Notes: generated by a model from the sequence alone, not told the origin. A stretch of 20,000 nt of DNA from an uncultured virus (IMG/VR IMGVR_UViG_3300014911_000629) (IMGVR_UViG_3300014911_000629); one strand, 5' to 3'; positions 1 through 9,179 are shown, counted from the first letter of the stretch. Program-made: numbers and translations.

Positions 1-1
1 A

Positions 2-415
2 ATAAAGGAGGAAGGCAACCTGCATATATTTTCCTATAAAGGTATAATAGGATTGATTATGCGTCCTCATTTAGTAAAGAAGATATACGATGATTGGAAA
101 AGAAAACTGATACATTGGTGTGGGTATGCATTGATACCAGCAGAAACACCATTAGGAAAATGGATATTGGAAAACAAAGATAAAATAGAGATGGAAGTTA
201 AAGTGCATGGAGGAATTACTCTAATTGAAGAAGAAGATGGCATAGTATGGATTGGCTTTGATACGGCACATTGGGGAGATATTTCATTTTTAGGAGATAC
301 ACATGCTTATGCAACATATAAAGACAAGGAATATGTATTGAGCGAGACAAAAAAATTGATAGATGAAATCTTGAGATTATATTCTGGTATAAAGTTTGTT
401 GGGGGTGATGCCTGA
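2..415 (+). CDS. Conserved phage-type hypothetical protein, 5'-truncated by the window edge
   Basis: Frame is open from position 2 (IKEEGNLHIFSYKGIIGLIMRP...). Motifs HWCGY, VHGGIT, WIGFDTAHWGD and YKDKEYV resemble a widespread phage hypothetical family. Confidence 0.75.
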   Translation: MKEEGNLHIFSYKGIIGLIMRPHLVKKIYDDWKRKLIHWCGYALIPAETPLGKWILENKDKIEMEVKVHGGITLIEEEDGIVWIGFDTAHWGDISFLGDTHAYATYKDKEYVLSETKKLIDEILRLYSGIKFVGGDA

Positions 416-1032
416 TGTCTCTTATATACTTGGTTAAGGTTTATATGAGTTATGATGAAGTGGTAGAAAGCACAAAGGAGATAGATGAGAGAAAGAGGGA
501 AATTGTGCTAAAATATGACAAGGAGACAAGGAAAAAGATTAACTATGTCAGGGAAAAAAGGAGGAGGGAGGCATACCAGCACACAGCAAAATTCTTTGAT
601 TTGCATTTTGCAACAGAAGAAGCATTGAAGAAGATAAAGAAGATTGTAGAGATAGCGGATAAAGAAATGAAACAAATAAACCCAGAGTTGTATGCATCGC
701 TTGTTGCTATACCGTTGCCAGTTGCAGAGTTAAAGAGGCGTGGAGAACTGTATGAAAAGATATACTATGCAATATGCCTCCAAATGGCAGAGGCAGTTTT
801 CAATCATGTTAAAAAGTTGAAATCGGAAGTGCCATCAAAGAGAAGCAGAAGGAAACTTGAAGAATTACTTGAAAAGTTTGAGGAGTTAAATGTAATCGGA
901 GATGAAAGGATAAACGAGAAGATACAGGAGTTAAAGTTGCTAATAAATAGAACAACAGAGGAAATAAAAGAGCAGATTTTGGAGGATATAGAAAACTTGA
1001 GGAGAGAGTTGCAGGAGATGATGATAGCATGA
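415..1032 (+). CDS. Hypothetical alpha-helical/coiled-coil protein adjacent to the VWA gene
   Basis: 205 aa ORF, GGGGGTG RBS, TGATG stop/start overlap, K/E-rich helical composition. Confidence 0.8.
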   Translation: MSLIYLVKVYMSYDEVVESTKEIDERKREIVLKYDKETRKKINYVREKRRREAYQHTAKFFDLHFATEEALKKIKKIVEIADKEMKQINPELYASLVAIPLPVAELKRRGELYEKIYYAICLQMAEAVFNHVKKLKSEVPSKRSRRKLEELLEKFEELNVIGDERINEKIQELKLLINRTTEEIKEQILEDIENLRRELQEMMIA

Positions 1033-1047
1033 GGAGGGATGAAAAAG

Positions 1048-2634
1048 ATGTTAATGAAAAAAATTGAAACAAACAATTTAATGGATGGCATCTTGAACAG
1101 AATAATTAATTTATCAAAGAATACAGTAGAGCATGATGCTTTTGATAAGATGGCTTTTGACAAAATGTTTGAAAAATGCGAGCAGATGCAGAATATATAT
1201 AACATAGCATCTGGAGAACCTTTCCCAATAGAGGTTGGAAAACATGCATTTCAAATTGTTAAATCAAAGGAGGATTATCATTATCCATTCATAAAAGAAT
1301 TGCAACAGGATATCTTTTATTCCTTCTTTAAGTATAATCCAAAGTTTTTAGATGATGAGAAGATACAGCCAGAGTTTAGAGTGCATAAAGAGATGATACG
1401 GAAGGCACAGAAAAATGAGAATTGGCGTAAAATGAGAAACATGACAAAACTGGATGAGGTAAATTCTGCAATTGCAACAACATATTTTAGTGCAGAACTT
1501 CTAAAAGAGATGGCAAAGAGAGATAAGAAATTCAGACAGCAGATGTTTAAATTGAAAGAACAAAGACAGCAGTTGATTGATTTGATGAAAGATTTTGCAA
1601 ATGCAAAGAAGGAGAAGGAGAGAAAACAATTAGCAGAGCAAATGGAAAAATTAATGCAGGATATACAACAGCAGGCGGAGCAGGCAATGAAGAATATTTC
1701 GCAAATTACAGTATCGCAGGCAATTAAAAATGCAACAAAGAAGATGGCAGAATATCATGAAACAACAAATGCATTGATGTGGGGAAGTGAGGCATCGCAG
1801 ATGCAGAGGGTTAATCCAGATGAGAGAATAGCCCTTGCTAACTATCTGCTAACAAATGAGAAACTGTTTAAACTTGTAAGGGAGTTGGGTAAATTAAAGA
1901 ATGTATTTGTTGAAACAAAGAGGAGAGAGATAAAGCACGGAACATCAGAAGTATATTCTGTTGATATTGGCAGAGATTTAGGAAAGATATTGCCATGCGA
2001 AGTATTAAAAATGAAGCATCCAGTGTTGAAGAAGGACTTTTATAAGAGATTTTTAGAGGGCAGTTTGCTTGAATATTCATTGAGAAGCAAAGAAAAATTA
2101 GGCAAAGGAAACATCATAGTATGCCTTGATTGTTCGGGCAGTATGAACCTAAAATTATATGATGAAATCACAAGAGAGATATATGCAAAGGCACTGGCTC
2201 TTGCAATACTTGAGATGGCAGTAAGAGAGAATAGAAAATATCATTTAATTTTGTTTGAAGCAAATGTAAGGAAGGAATTTTCATTTGCCAGAAATAAAAA
2301 GCCAAAAGTAGATGACATTGTAAATATTGCAAGCATGCATTTTGGTGGCGGAACTAATTTTGAAGCACCATTGGAAAGAGCGTTATCCTATGTGAATGAG
2401 AATGCGGATATTGTTTTCATAACAGATGGTGAATGCAGAGTAGGAGAGAACTTTTTAATAAAGTTTAATGCAGTTAAAAAGAAATTGAACTTCAAAGTCG
2501 TCGCATTGCAGGTCGGCGATGCATCAACAGAACCATTGGAAGAATTTAGTGATAATGTTATAAATTTTACAAAATTTATAGAAACTTCAAAATCTGTATT
2601 TTCCTCGCTGATGAAAGGGGGTGGTGTAACGTGA
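1048..2634 (+). CDS. VWA domain protein, ViaA/COG2425-like (usual partner of a MoxR/RavA AAA+ ATPase)
   Basis: MIDAS motif VCLDCSGSM, GGGTNF, DIVFITDGE, a ViaA-like GRDLGKILPCE...FYKRFLEGSLLEY segment and a central coiled coil. Start chosen from the GGAGGGAT RBS; the ORF track starts at 1039. Confidence 0.9.
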   Translation: MLMKKIETNNLMDGILNRIINLSKNTVEHDAFDKMAFDKMFEKCEQMQNIYNIASGEPFPIEVGKHAFQIVKSKEDYHYPFIKELQQDIFYSFFKYNPKFLDDEKIQPEFRVHKEMIRKAQKNENWRKMRNMTKLDEVNSAIATTYFSAELLKEMAKRDKKFRQQMFKLKEQRQQLIDLMKDFANAKKEKERKQLAEQMEKLMQDIQQQAEQAMKNISQITVSQAIKNATKKMAEYHETTNALMWGSEASQMQRVNPDERIALANYLLTNEKLFKLVRELGKLKNVFVETKRREIKHGTSEVYSVDIGRDLGKILPCEVLKMKHPVLKKDFYKRFLEGSLLEYSLRSKEKLGKGNIIVCLDCSGSMNLKLYDEITREIYAKALALAILEMAVRENRKYHLILFEANVRKEFSFARNKKPKVDDIVNIASMHFGGGTNFEAPLERALSYVNENADIVFITDGECRVGENFLIKFNAVKKKLNFKVVALQVGDASTEPLEEFSDNVINFTKFIETSKSVFSSLMKGGGVT

Positions 2635-2759
2635 GTGCTATCAAAATCGTGTTGATAACTGTCTTTGGTATAATCATCTATTGGATAATCCTATTCCTGT
2701 GGTTCTGGTTAGAAAAAAAGGAGGAGGAATGGTATAGAAGAAAGGGGTGGTTAAAGTGA
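2631..2759 (+). CDS. Small single-pass membrane protein (42 aa, not in ORF track)
   Basis: GTG start overlapping the previous stop, GGGGGTGG RBS; MSAIKIVLITVFGIIIYWIILFLWFWLEKKEEEWYRRKGWLK fills the gap exactly. Confidence 0.7.
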   Translation: MSAIKIVLITVFGIIIYWIILFLWFWLEKKEEEWYRRKGWLK

Positions 2760-3132
2760 ATTGTAAAAAATATTCATTAAAAGAACTATGCGAAATGTAT
2801 ATCAGAATGATAGCAACCAAAGTAGATGGAAGGATGAGGGTAGAACTACATGAATGTATAGCAGAGAGAATAGGGATTGATTATGATAAACTAAAAACAG
2901 TTTTACATAATTTAGATAAGGAAATAGGTTTTGAAATTAAAGAATTTTACACAATAAGAGAGATTAAGCAGTATGGCAATAAACTCTATGAGAGATTAAT
3001 CAGATTTGCAAAAGATGAGGTTTTGAATGATGGAGATAGTGTTGAATTTTTAAAATCTATTGGCATGGATATTGACGAGTGGGAAGCATACTATCGTGAT
3101 TATGTAAATTGCAAGGAGGGTGGTTAAAGTGA
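2745..3132 (+). repeat. 15-bp direct repeat GGGTGGTTAAAGTGA (2745-2759, 3118-3132) containing RBS and GTG start
   Basis: Two exact copies, plus a variant GGGTGGTTAAGTG at 4507-4519. Confidence 0.8.
2756..3127 (+). CDS. Hypothetical protein
   Basis: GTG start after GGGGTGG RBS; composition matches neighbouring genes. Confidence 0.75.
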   Translation: MNCKKYSLKELCEMYIRMIATKVDGRMRVELHECIAERIGIDYDKLKTVLHNLDKEIGFEIKEFYTIREIKQYGNKLYERLIRFAKDEVLNDGDSVEFLKSIGMDIDEWEAYYRDYVNCKEGG

Positions 3133-3935
3133 TATTGGTAAGTGTAGATTTTGATTATTTTGTAAGAGAGTTGAAATCTTGGGATTGGGGACATAGTGAT
3201 GAGAATGGAGGGCAGGCAGGACTATATGCTTACAAGGCATGGTATGTAAGATATGTTACTTCCAGAATAGACATAATAAAAGAAACCGACCCTAAAATAC
3301 ATGCTGACTTTGAACCCATACAGTTGTTAAGCAAATTCAGAGAACTTGGATTAAAATTCAATGATAGGACGAGGATGATGATAGCAGAAAGTCATGGAGA
3401 AGCATATCATTTCTTCAAAGAGATGCAATCAAATGTAATGATACATCTGGATGCACACCATGACATGTATGATGATAGTGATGAGATAACATGCGGGAAC
3501 TGGTTGGCTAATCTAACAAAGATAAAGAGAGGCATGGAAATATATCATGTTGTGCCAAAGTGGGAGAGAGAATGGTATCCAAATGCGAAATCAAAGGAAG
3601 AAATGTTCAAAGAGATTAGCAGTGCTATTAAAAACGAGATAAAGCAGAGAGCAACAATAAGGCACGTGTTCTTTGAGGATTTGCCAAAATTCAATCAGGT
3701 AGTGGAAGGAATTTTCTTTTGCAGGAGCGGAAGTTGGACACCACCACATCTTGACCAAGAATTTATTGACATGCTAAAGGTTTTCATAATTGGCACTGGC
3801 ATATTGCCATCAAATATTATAGAACTTCCTCTAATAGTCAGAAACTTTAACATGAAGGAAATTGAAGAAACAAGAAAGAAGTTTTTGGAAGCGGAAAAAA
3901 TGTTAAGGGAAAAAGGAGGGATGAAAAATGATTAA
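3129..3935 (+). CDS. UPF0489-like / arginase-deacetylase fold metallohydrolase
   Basis: Motifs VSVDFDYF, ESHGEAY, IHLDAHHD, CGNWL and CRSGSWTPPHLD. Confidence 0.65.
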   Translation: MILVSVDFDYFVRELKSWDWGHSDENGGQAGLYAYKAWYVRYVTSRIDIIKETDPKIHADFEPIQLLSKFRELGLKFNDRTRMMIAESHGEAYHFFKEMQSNVMIHLDAHHDMYDDSDEITCGNWLANLTKIKRGMEIYHVVPKWEREWYPNAKSKEEMFKEISSAIKNEIKQRATIRHVFFEDLPKFNQVVEGIFFCRSGSWTPPHLDQEFIDMLKVFIIGTGILPSNIIELPLIVRNFNMKEIEETRKKFLEAEKMLREKGGMKND

Positions 3936-4074
3936 ATGGGAATGTAAGGAATGTGGAAACGCAAAATGCATCCTGATAACAGGAAGTGAAGGCAAGCCCC
4001 ACATGTGTCCTTTTTCAATAACTGTCCCATCATGGAAAAGAATAGATGAAAATGAAAGGAGGGATGAAAAATGA
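3912..4074 (+). repeat. 20-bp direct repeat AAAGGAGGGATGAAAAATGA (3912-3931, 4055-4074) containing RBS and ATG start
   Basis: Two exact copies, plus a variant one A shorter at 7144-7162. Confidence 0.8.
3928..4074 (+). CDS. Small Cys-rich, putative Zn-binding protein (48 aa, not in ORF track)
   Basis: MIKWECKECGNAKCILITGSEGKPHMCPF...; strong RBS; overlaps both neighbours. Confidence 0.65.
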   Translation: MIKWECKECGNAKCILITGSEGKPHMCPFSITVPSWKRIDENERRDEK

Positions 4075-4505
4075 AGGTAATAGATAAGTATGGTAGGGAG
4101 GTTGATGTGCCATTTATTGATGAAAATGGATGCCATAATAATGGAAAATACATCTGCAATCTTGGATACGCCTGTGATGGATGTCCATACAATATGGATT
4201 TGAAAAAGGAGCATGGAAGGTTAAGAAACTGTCCATACTGCGGAAAGCCATTAGTAGGAGAAAGCAGGACAGCATTATTCAAAGGCAAGCGAAGGATATT
4301 ATTTGGGTGCAAATACTGTGGCATGCCATACTACGTAGTTATGCCTAAATCATTGCGGATAGAATGGATGATATACAGGATAGGAGGGCGGAAGAAAAGC
4401 AGATTTATTCTTGCAAGAGTGAAATTTGAGGAAGGCGGAGACGAAATACTTGAATACATGGAACTCGAAAGAGTTAAGGATGCTATAAAGCCATTCAGGA
4501 ATTAG
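4071..4505 (+). CDS. Zinc-finger/zinc-ribbon protein
   Basis: Two Cys clusters: C-x7-C-x5-C-x2-C and CPYC...CKYC. Confidence 0.75.
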   Translation: MKVIDKYGREVDVPFIDENGCHNNGKYICNLGYACDGCPYNMDLKKEHGRLRNCPYCGKPLVGESRTALFKGKRRILFGCKYCGMPYYVVMPKSLRIEWMIYRIGGRKKSRFILARVKFEEGGDEILEYMELERVKDAIKPFRN

Positions 4506-4516
4506 GGGGTGGTTAA

Positions 4517-5011
4517 GTGTGCATATTGTGTGATGTAAGATATTTTCTAACTGTGCATGATACTGCCATTTATTTACAGATATTCGCAAATAAGAAGGAA
4601 GGAGAAGGAGTATGGGAGAAAAAACCAAAAAACAGAAAGGAGTTTGATAAGAAAATAACTACAATTACGAAAGAATTGAATGATGCACCTAACATGGCAA
4701 CAACATACGAGTTTCTTATGAGAGTTGTAAAGAGTTTTGCAAAGAAGTATGATGATGACCTGTTATCCATTGCACTTGTATATCTTGATATATTGTGTAT
4801 AATGAATGGAAGGGATAGAGAGCCGATTGATAAAAAATGGATAGAGAAGATGCAAAGAAAGATGAGAAAACTAAAATTCACGGAAAGTGAAAAATGTTAT
4901 TTTGTCATCAATGCACTAATCCATGATTTCAACAATTTTCATGAGTGGTTTAACAGCGGAAAGAGGAGTGGAAAGGAGCATGAGAAGGCATACATAAATT
5001 ACATAGGGTGA
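4517..5011 (+). CDS. Hypothetical protein
   Basis: 164 aa ORF, GTG start after GGGGGTGG RBS. Confidence 0.7.
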   Translation: MCILCDVRYFLTVHDTAIYLQIFANKKEGEGVWEKKPKNRKEFDKKITTITKELNDAPNMATTYEFLMRVVKSFAKKYDDDLLSIALVYLDILCIMNGRDREPIDKKWIEKMQRKMRKLKFTESEKCYFVINALIHDFNNFHEWFNSGKRSGKEHEKAYINYIG

Positions 5012-5016
5012 TAACC

Positions 5017-5943
5017 ATGAAGAACCTAATAATATCTCATGGAGATGGAGATGGCGTATGTGCCTGTGCTATTTGCTATCAGGCATTAGGCAAGAATGCA
5101 ATCATTTTGTTTGCACAACCATTCAACATAGAGCATATATTTGAGGAACTATTTAGAAATGGAGAACTGCTATCGTTTGATAACATCTATATTATAGACA
5201 TAGCATATAATGGAAGCATAGAAGCATATCTTGAATATTTAAGAAGAAGCAACAAGAGGGTTATTTACATAGACCATCATTTTCAATCATTGACAATAAA
5301 AGGAAGATATGAAGGAATTATAGATACAAATTATTCTGCGTCCAAACTTACTGCACATTATTTCCATGTGCTAACACCATTAGAAAAGATTGGCAGTGCA
5401 TGTGATAAAACCATAATGCTGGCAAAACTTGACCCACTATATGAGGAAGCGGAGACATTGAGAAAGGCATTGGCGTATGAGCCAGATGATGATATTTTCA
5501 GATTAAAACTTGTAAAAGAACTTGCAGATGGAAAAATGCCATCAGAAATAGAGGAAGTGATTGAGAGAGGAAATAAATGCGAGGAAGAAAGAAACATGCT
5601 TTATGAACTTGCCTTGAAAAACATAGAATATGAGGATGAGAAAGTAATCATTGTTAATATGAAACCGATGGATTTAGTTGGCAGAGCGGGAAGTATCGCA
5701 AGCAGGATGGCGATAGAGAACAAGAAGGCAGTATTTCTCATATATGGCAACAGTAAAACAATCATAACAGCGAGAAGTCATAGAGACCTTGACATCAATA
5801 TCGGCAAGATAATGCATAAATACTACAATGGAGGAGGACACAAATACGCAGGAAGCGGAAATGTAGGAAATGATAATGACATTGATAGATTGATTAAGGA
5901 AATACCAAGAATAGTAGAGAAAAGTTGTGGAAATTGTAAATGA
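5017..5943 (+). CDS. DHH/DHHA1 family phosphoesterase (RecJ/NrnA-like)
   Basis: SHGDGDG motif I, IIDIA motif II, YIDHH motif III, and C-terminal ARS...GGGHKYAGSG (DHHA1). Confidence 0.9.
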   Translation: MKNLIISHGDGDGVCACAICYQALGKNAIILFAQPFNIEHIFEELFRNGELLSFDNIYIIDIAYNGSIEAYLEYLRRSNKRVIYIDHHFQSLTIKGRYEGIIDTNYSASKLTAHYFHVLTPLEKIGSACDKTIMLAKLDPLYEEAETLRKALAYEPDDDIFRLKLVKELADGKMPSEIEEVIERGNKCEEERNMLYELALKNIEYEDEKVIIVNMKPMDLVGRAGSIASRMAIENKKAVFLIYGNSKTIITARSHRDLDINIGKIMHKYYNGGGHKYAGSGNVGNDNDIDRLIKEIPRIVEKSCGNCK

Positions 5944-6874
5944 TAATCATGAAAAGATTTATATACAAAATTTAGATATAGATTTTGGGATGACAATGGG
6001 ATTGGATAAGTTTGAAGGAAAGGATGAAAAGAAGGAAAAGAAGGAGGAGAAAAAGGAATTAACTTGGGATAACGAGGCGGATAGAACTATACTGGCAACA
6101 GCATTAAACATGCTTGGATTTAAGCAAACAGAGAAGCGTAGCGACCTTTTTGTTAAACAGATAAGTAAGGATGAAGCAATTTTTGTTGATTTTTCAAAAA
6201 ATCCGAAGGGAGTATTTTATCCAAAGAAGGGTAGCAAATTGAAAGTTGAGGAGAGAGTGGAATATAAAGCGTTTAGAGCGATGCAGAAAGGACAGGCAAA
6301 GGCAAATCCAGAAAATCCGAAGGAAATCACAATAGTTGATGATGAGGGGAGAGAACAGGTATTATTGATACCAGATTATGTTGAAGGTGAAGAAGTTGTT
6401 AAGGTTTCTCCACAGGACTTTTTCATTGAATGGGAGGGAAAGAAATACTACATTAAGCCAGAATTTATAGAGGTAATAAAGAACAGACCAGCACCAAATA
6501 TTAAGGGTATTATTGATGTTGTCCAGCGTGCCAATGCCATAAGGGATTGGAAAACAGAGATTTTGAAAGAGCCAGAAAAGATTTTGCCAAAGCAGGTAGA
6601 TGACCCCAGAGACCCAGAACATTATGATGAGCCAGCGGACATACACAGCAAGGATTATTTGTGTATAGCAAAAACAACAGTTGTAAGAGCAGATGGAAAA
6701 ACTTTCACTGCTCATGGTTCTGCTCATCCATTGAGCGTTAGTGGAAACTTGAGACCGAAGATAATAGAAATGGCAGAGACACGAAGTTTGGCAAGGGCAT
6801 TGCGATTTGCTTTTAACATTCATGCTGTAACTGCTGAAGAAATTGAAGATGTTATGGAGGAAAAGGAGGGATAA
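5927..6874 (+). CDS. Putative single-strand annealing protein (RecT/Redbeta/Rad52 superfamily) with an N-terminal extension
   Basis: C-terminal CIAKTTVVRADGKTFTAHG...EMAETRSLARALRFAFNI..TAEEI resembles the SSAP core. Start uncertain; in-frame ATGs lie near 5990-5996. Confidence 0.65.
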   Translation: MEIVNDNHEKIYIQNLDIDFGMTMGLDKFEGKDEKKEKKEEKKELTWDNEADRTILATALNMLGFKQTEKRSDLFVKQISKDEAIFVDFSKNPKGVFYPKKGSKLKVEERVEYKAFRAMQKGQAKANPENPKEITIVDDEGREQVLLIPDYVEGEEVVKVSPQDFFIEWEGKKYYIKPEFIEVIKNRPAPNIKGIIDVVQRANAIRDWKTEILKEPEKILPKQVDDPRDPEHYDEPADIHSKDYLCIAKTTVVRADGKTFTAHGSAHPLSVSGNLRPKIIEMAETRSLARALRFAFNIHAVTAEEIEDVMEEKEG

Positions 6875-6875
6875 A

Positions 6876-7169
6876 ATGGATATAGTATTGGCATGGATTT
6901 CAGGATTAATGCCATTTTGTTTAGTTGTAACACTATTATTTCATATCTTTTTAAAGGAATTAGATGTGCTTGAATGTTTTGCATTGGCTTTAATGTTATA
7001 TTTAGGAATAATAACATGGATAGACACTATATTATGGTTTTTGAATATTTTAACTGGAGAGCCAGAAATAGTATTTTTCTTTTTCATTCCATGTGCAATC
7101 TTATTTGATATTATTCTTGCCAAAAATATATCAATAGAGGTGAAAAGGAGGGATGAAAATGAAGGGTGA
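6876..7169 (+). CDS. Small multi-pass membrane protein
   Basis: Three hydrophobic segments; ATG follows a GGAGGGAT RBS. Confidence 0.75.
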   Translation: MDIVLAWISGLMPFCLVVTLLFHIFLKELDVLECFALALMLYLGIITWIDTILWFLNILTGEPEIVFFFFIPCAILFDIILAKNISIEVKRRDENEG

Positions 7170-7953
7170 AATAAAGCCACTTTATGGTATTATAGTTATG
7201 ATTGTATTTACCGTAATATTAGCAGGAGCAATATACATATATGTTGAGAAAGGGCAGAAGGAAAGCAAGCAAGAAAACACATATACCATAGGTTCAATAC
7301 TTCATGTAGTAGTAAATGATAGAGACATTGTATGTTTGAAGGGGTTTGACACAGACAATACAAGAGGATATATTATTGGAAAACTTGTAGGATTTTCAGA
7401 AGAAGTTGAGATAAATTTCAACGAAGGTGTAGCGTATGCATATGGAGATGAAAACCTGACAGAGGAGGTTTTATCAATTAATTACTTTGACCCTGAAAAT
7501 AATATCTTTGTTTATGCGGAAAAAGGAATACAAATTCAAAAAAGAAGATATGACAATAATACTTATCAAATAGAACTTGAAACTTATGTGCCAATAGAAA
7601 ATGTTGTAATAGTTGGAGACGGAGCATCAATACATATACAAGGCGAAAAATTAGAAGTAGCATCAATAGGATTTTTAGAAGTAGCAAGTCGGGTTGTATT
7701 TCTTGTTACTGTTGAAACAGATAATGCAACAATTTACATTAGAGGACATGTGAAACATCCAGACATGATATTTACAAGGAATATTAATTTGACCCAACAA
7801 TCAGACCAAATAGATACACAATTTGTAAAAATTATACAATATGGTGAATATTGGTTTAAAATATACAGCATGCCTGATGGCAGAATAATAATTAGAGTAT
7901 TTGATAGCAACTGGAACGAAGTTGCGAGAGATGTTATAAGGGTGGAGGGATAA
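7159..7953 (+). CDS. Membrane-anchored protein with archaeal type IV pilin-like N-terminus
   Basis: MKGEIKPLYGIIVMIVFTVILAGAIYIYV resembles the Pilin_N/DUF1628 consensus (SPVIGVILMVAITVILAAVVY); beta-rich remainder. Confidence 0.6.
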   Translation: MKGEIKPLYGIIVMIVFTVILAGAIYIYVEKGQKESKQENTYTIGSILHVVVNDRDIVCLKGFDTDNTRGYIIGKLVGFSEEVEINFNEGVAYAYGDENLTEEVLSINYFDPENNIFVYAEKGIQIQKRRYDNNTYQIELETYVPIENVVIVGDGASIHIQGEKLEVASIGFLEVASRVVFLVTVETDNATIYIRGHVKHPDMIFTRNINLTQQSDQIDTQFVKIIQYGEYWFKIYSMPDGRIIIRVFDSNWNEVARDVIRVEG

Positions 7954-7954
7954 A

Positions 7955-8131
7955 ATGGGTATAATACCAGTATTTAAATGTCCAGCATGTAAAGGCGATG
8001 TTATCCTTCAGTTTTATGGACACTTTCTTGAATGGGGATGTGTTGAATGTAATAGGATATGGGGTATAGAGGTAAGCAAACCTGTTTTTGCACTGGGAGG
8101 GATTAACCATGTCAGCAGAAGAAAAGATTGA
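7955..8131 (+). CDS. Small zinc-ribbon protein (58 aa, not in ORF track)
   Basis: MGIIPVFKCPACKGDV...WGCVECNRIW; GGAGGGAT RBS; fills the gap between neighbours. Confidence 0.75.
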   Translation: MGIIPVFKCPACKGDVILQFYGHFLEWGCVECNRIWGIEVSKPVFALGGINHVSRRKD

Positions 8132-8552
8132 GTTGTTGATTGAAGAACAAAGGAGGCATCATAAAGAAAAGGAGAAAGCGGATAAAATAAGGAATATAAT
8201 CCTATTTCTCATCCTGATTGTTTTGATACTTCGCCTTTTTTACTGTCCATGCCCACAAGCCCCAACCCCCGTTAAAGGGTATGAGTTAGATAAGTATGTA
8301 GAAGACCAGAATGGAAACCCACTTGCAGGAGCAACAGTTATTCTTTATAATCACCCGAATGGAATGGTAATCGCACAGGGTGAGACAGATGAGTATGGTT
8401 GGTGTAATTTCACCAACCTTCAATATGGTAGATATTTCCTGTGGGTTTCCTATGGTGGTATCACATCCTCTGAATGGGTGTGGGTAACAGAGGACATGCA
8501 GATTACAAATACTCTAACTCTCCCGACGGAAGGGTTGGGGCGTGGGCTTTAG
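8109..8552 (+). CDS. Membrane-anchored protein with carboxypeptidase-regulatory-like (transthyretin-like) beta-sandwich domain
   Basis: TM helix IILFLILIVLILRLF, Pro-rich linker, then VEDQNGNPLAGATVILY...GETDEYGWCNFTNLQYGRYFLWVSY. Confidence 0.75.
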   Translation: MSAEEKIELLIEEQRRHHKEKEKADKIRNIILFLILIVLILRLFYCPCPQAPTPVKGYELDKYVEDQNGNPLAGATVILYNHPNGMVIAQGETDEYGWCNFTNLQYGRYFLWVSYGGITSSEWVWVTEDMQITNTLTLPTEGLGRGL

Positions 8553-8564
8553 AAAAATGTGAAA

Positions 8565-9179
8565 ATGATGAGGAAAAGCGAGTTGATGCAGGATAAAACC
8601 TTCATTGAGTTTATGAGACGATACTATCCTTTTTATAGCAATAGTATGCTATGTAAGTTGATTGAACAAGAGTATGGCATTAAACTAAAAGTAAAAGATA
8701 TAGAGAGAATGGTATATGAGTTAAGGAAACAAAACCCTGAACTGATAAAACCGAAATATCCCATACTCTTGAGAAAGAAAATTCTTGAAAAGAAAGGGTT
8801 GCCAAGAGACCCAACAAAGACCCCGAACATGTATGTGATGAAGTTGAGCAAATACCTAATTATCGCAAAGTGCATAAATATCATAAATTCCATAAAAAAT
8901 AGAAAAAATGTAAAAAATGTAAAAGACATAGAAGATGAAACAGCATTTATAACATATAAGGACATGGGTGGGAGGCAACCGACGGTTGTGAAGTATTTAT
9001 GCAATATCGGAGTTCTTGAAGAATGGGGAGGAAAAACCTATATCTGTAACATAAAGAAATTGCTTGCCCTGATAGATGAATTAAGGAAAGCAAAGGATAA
9101 TTTTGTTGAAGTATATAATGGTAATGGTGGTGAAAATGGTAATAGTAAAAGGTATAGAGAGATTGCCAGAACGAATTAA
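8565..9179 (+). CDS. Basic hypothetical protein, possibly DNA-binding (HTH/wHTH-like segments)
   Basis: K/R-rich ORF with N- and C-terminal segments suggestive of helix-turn-helix, joined by a 3-aa-period linker. Function inferred only. Confidence 0.6.
   Translation: MMRKSELMQDKTFIEFMRRYYPFYSNSMLCKLIEQEYGIKLKVKDIERMVYELRKQNPELIKPKYPILLRKKILEKKGLPRDPTKTPNMYVMKLSKYLIIAKCINIINSIKNRKNVKNVKDIEDETAFITYKDMGGRQPTVVKYLCNIGVLEEWGGKTYICNIKKLLALIDELRKAKDNFVEVYNGNGGENGNSKRYREIARTN
8871..8933 (+). repeat. Degenerate 9-bp tandem repeat (about 7 units)
   Basis: tgcataaat atcataaat tccataaaa aatagaaaa aatgtaaaa aatgtaaaa gacatagaa. Confidence 0.6.
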
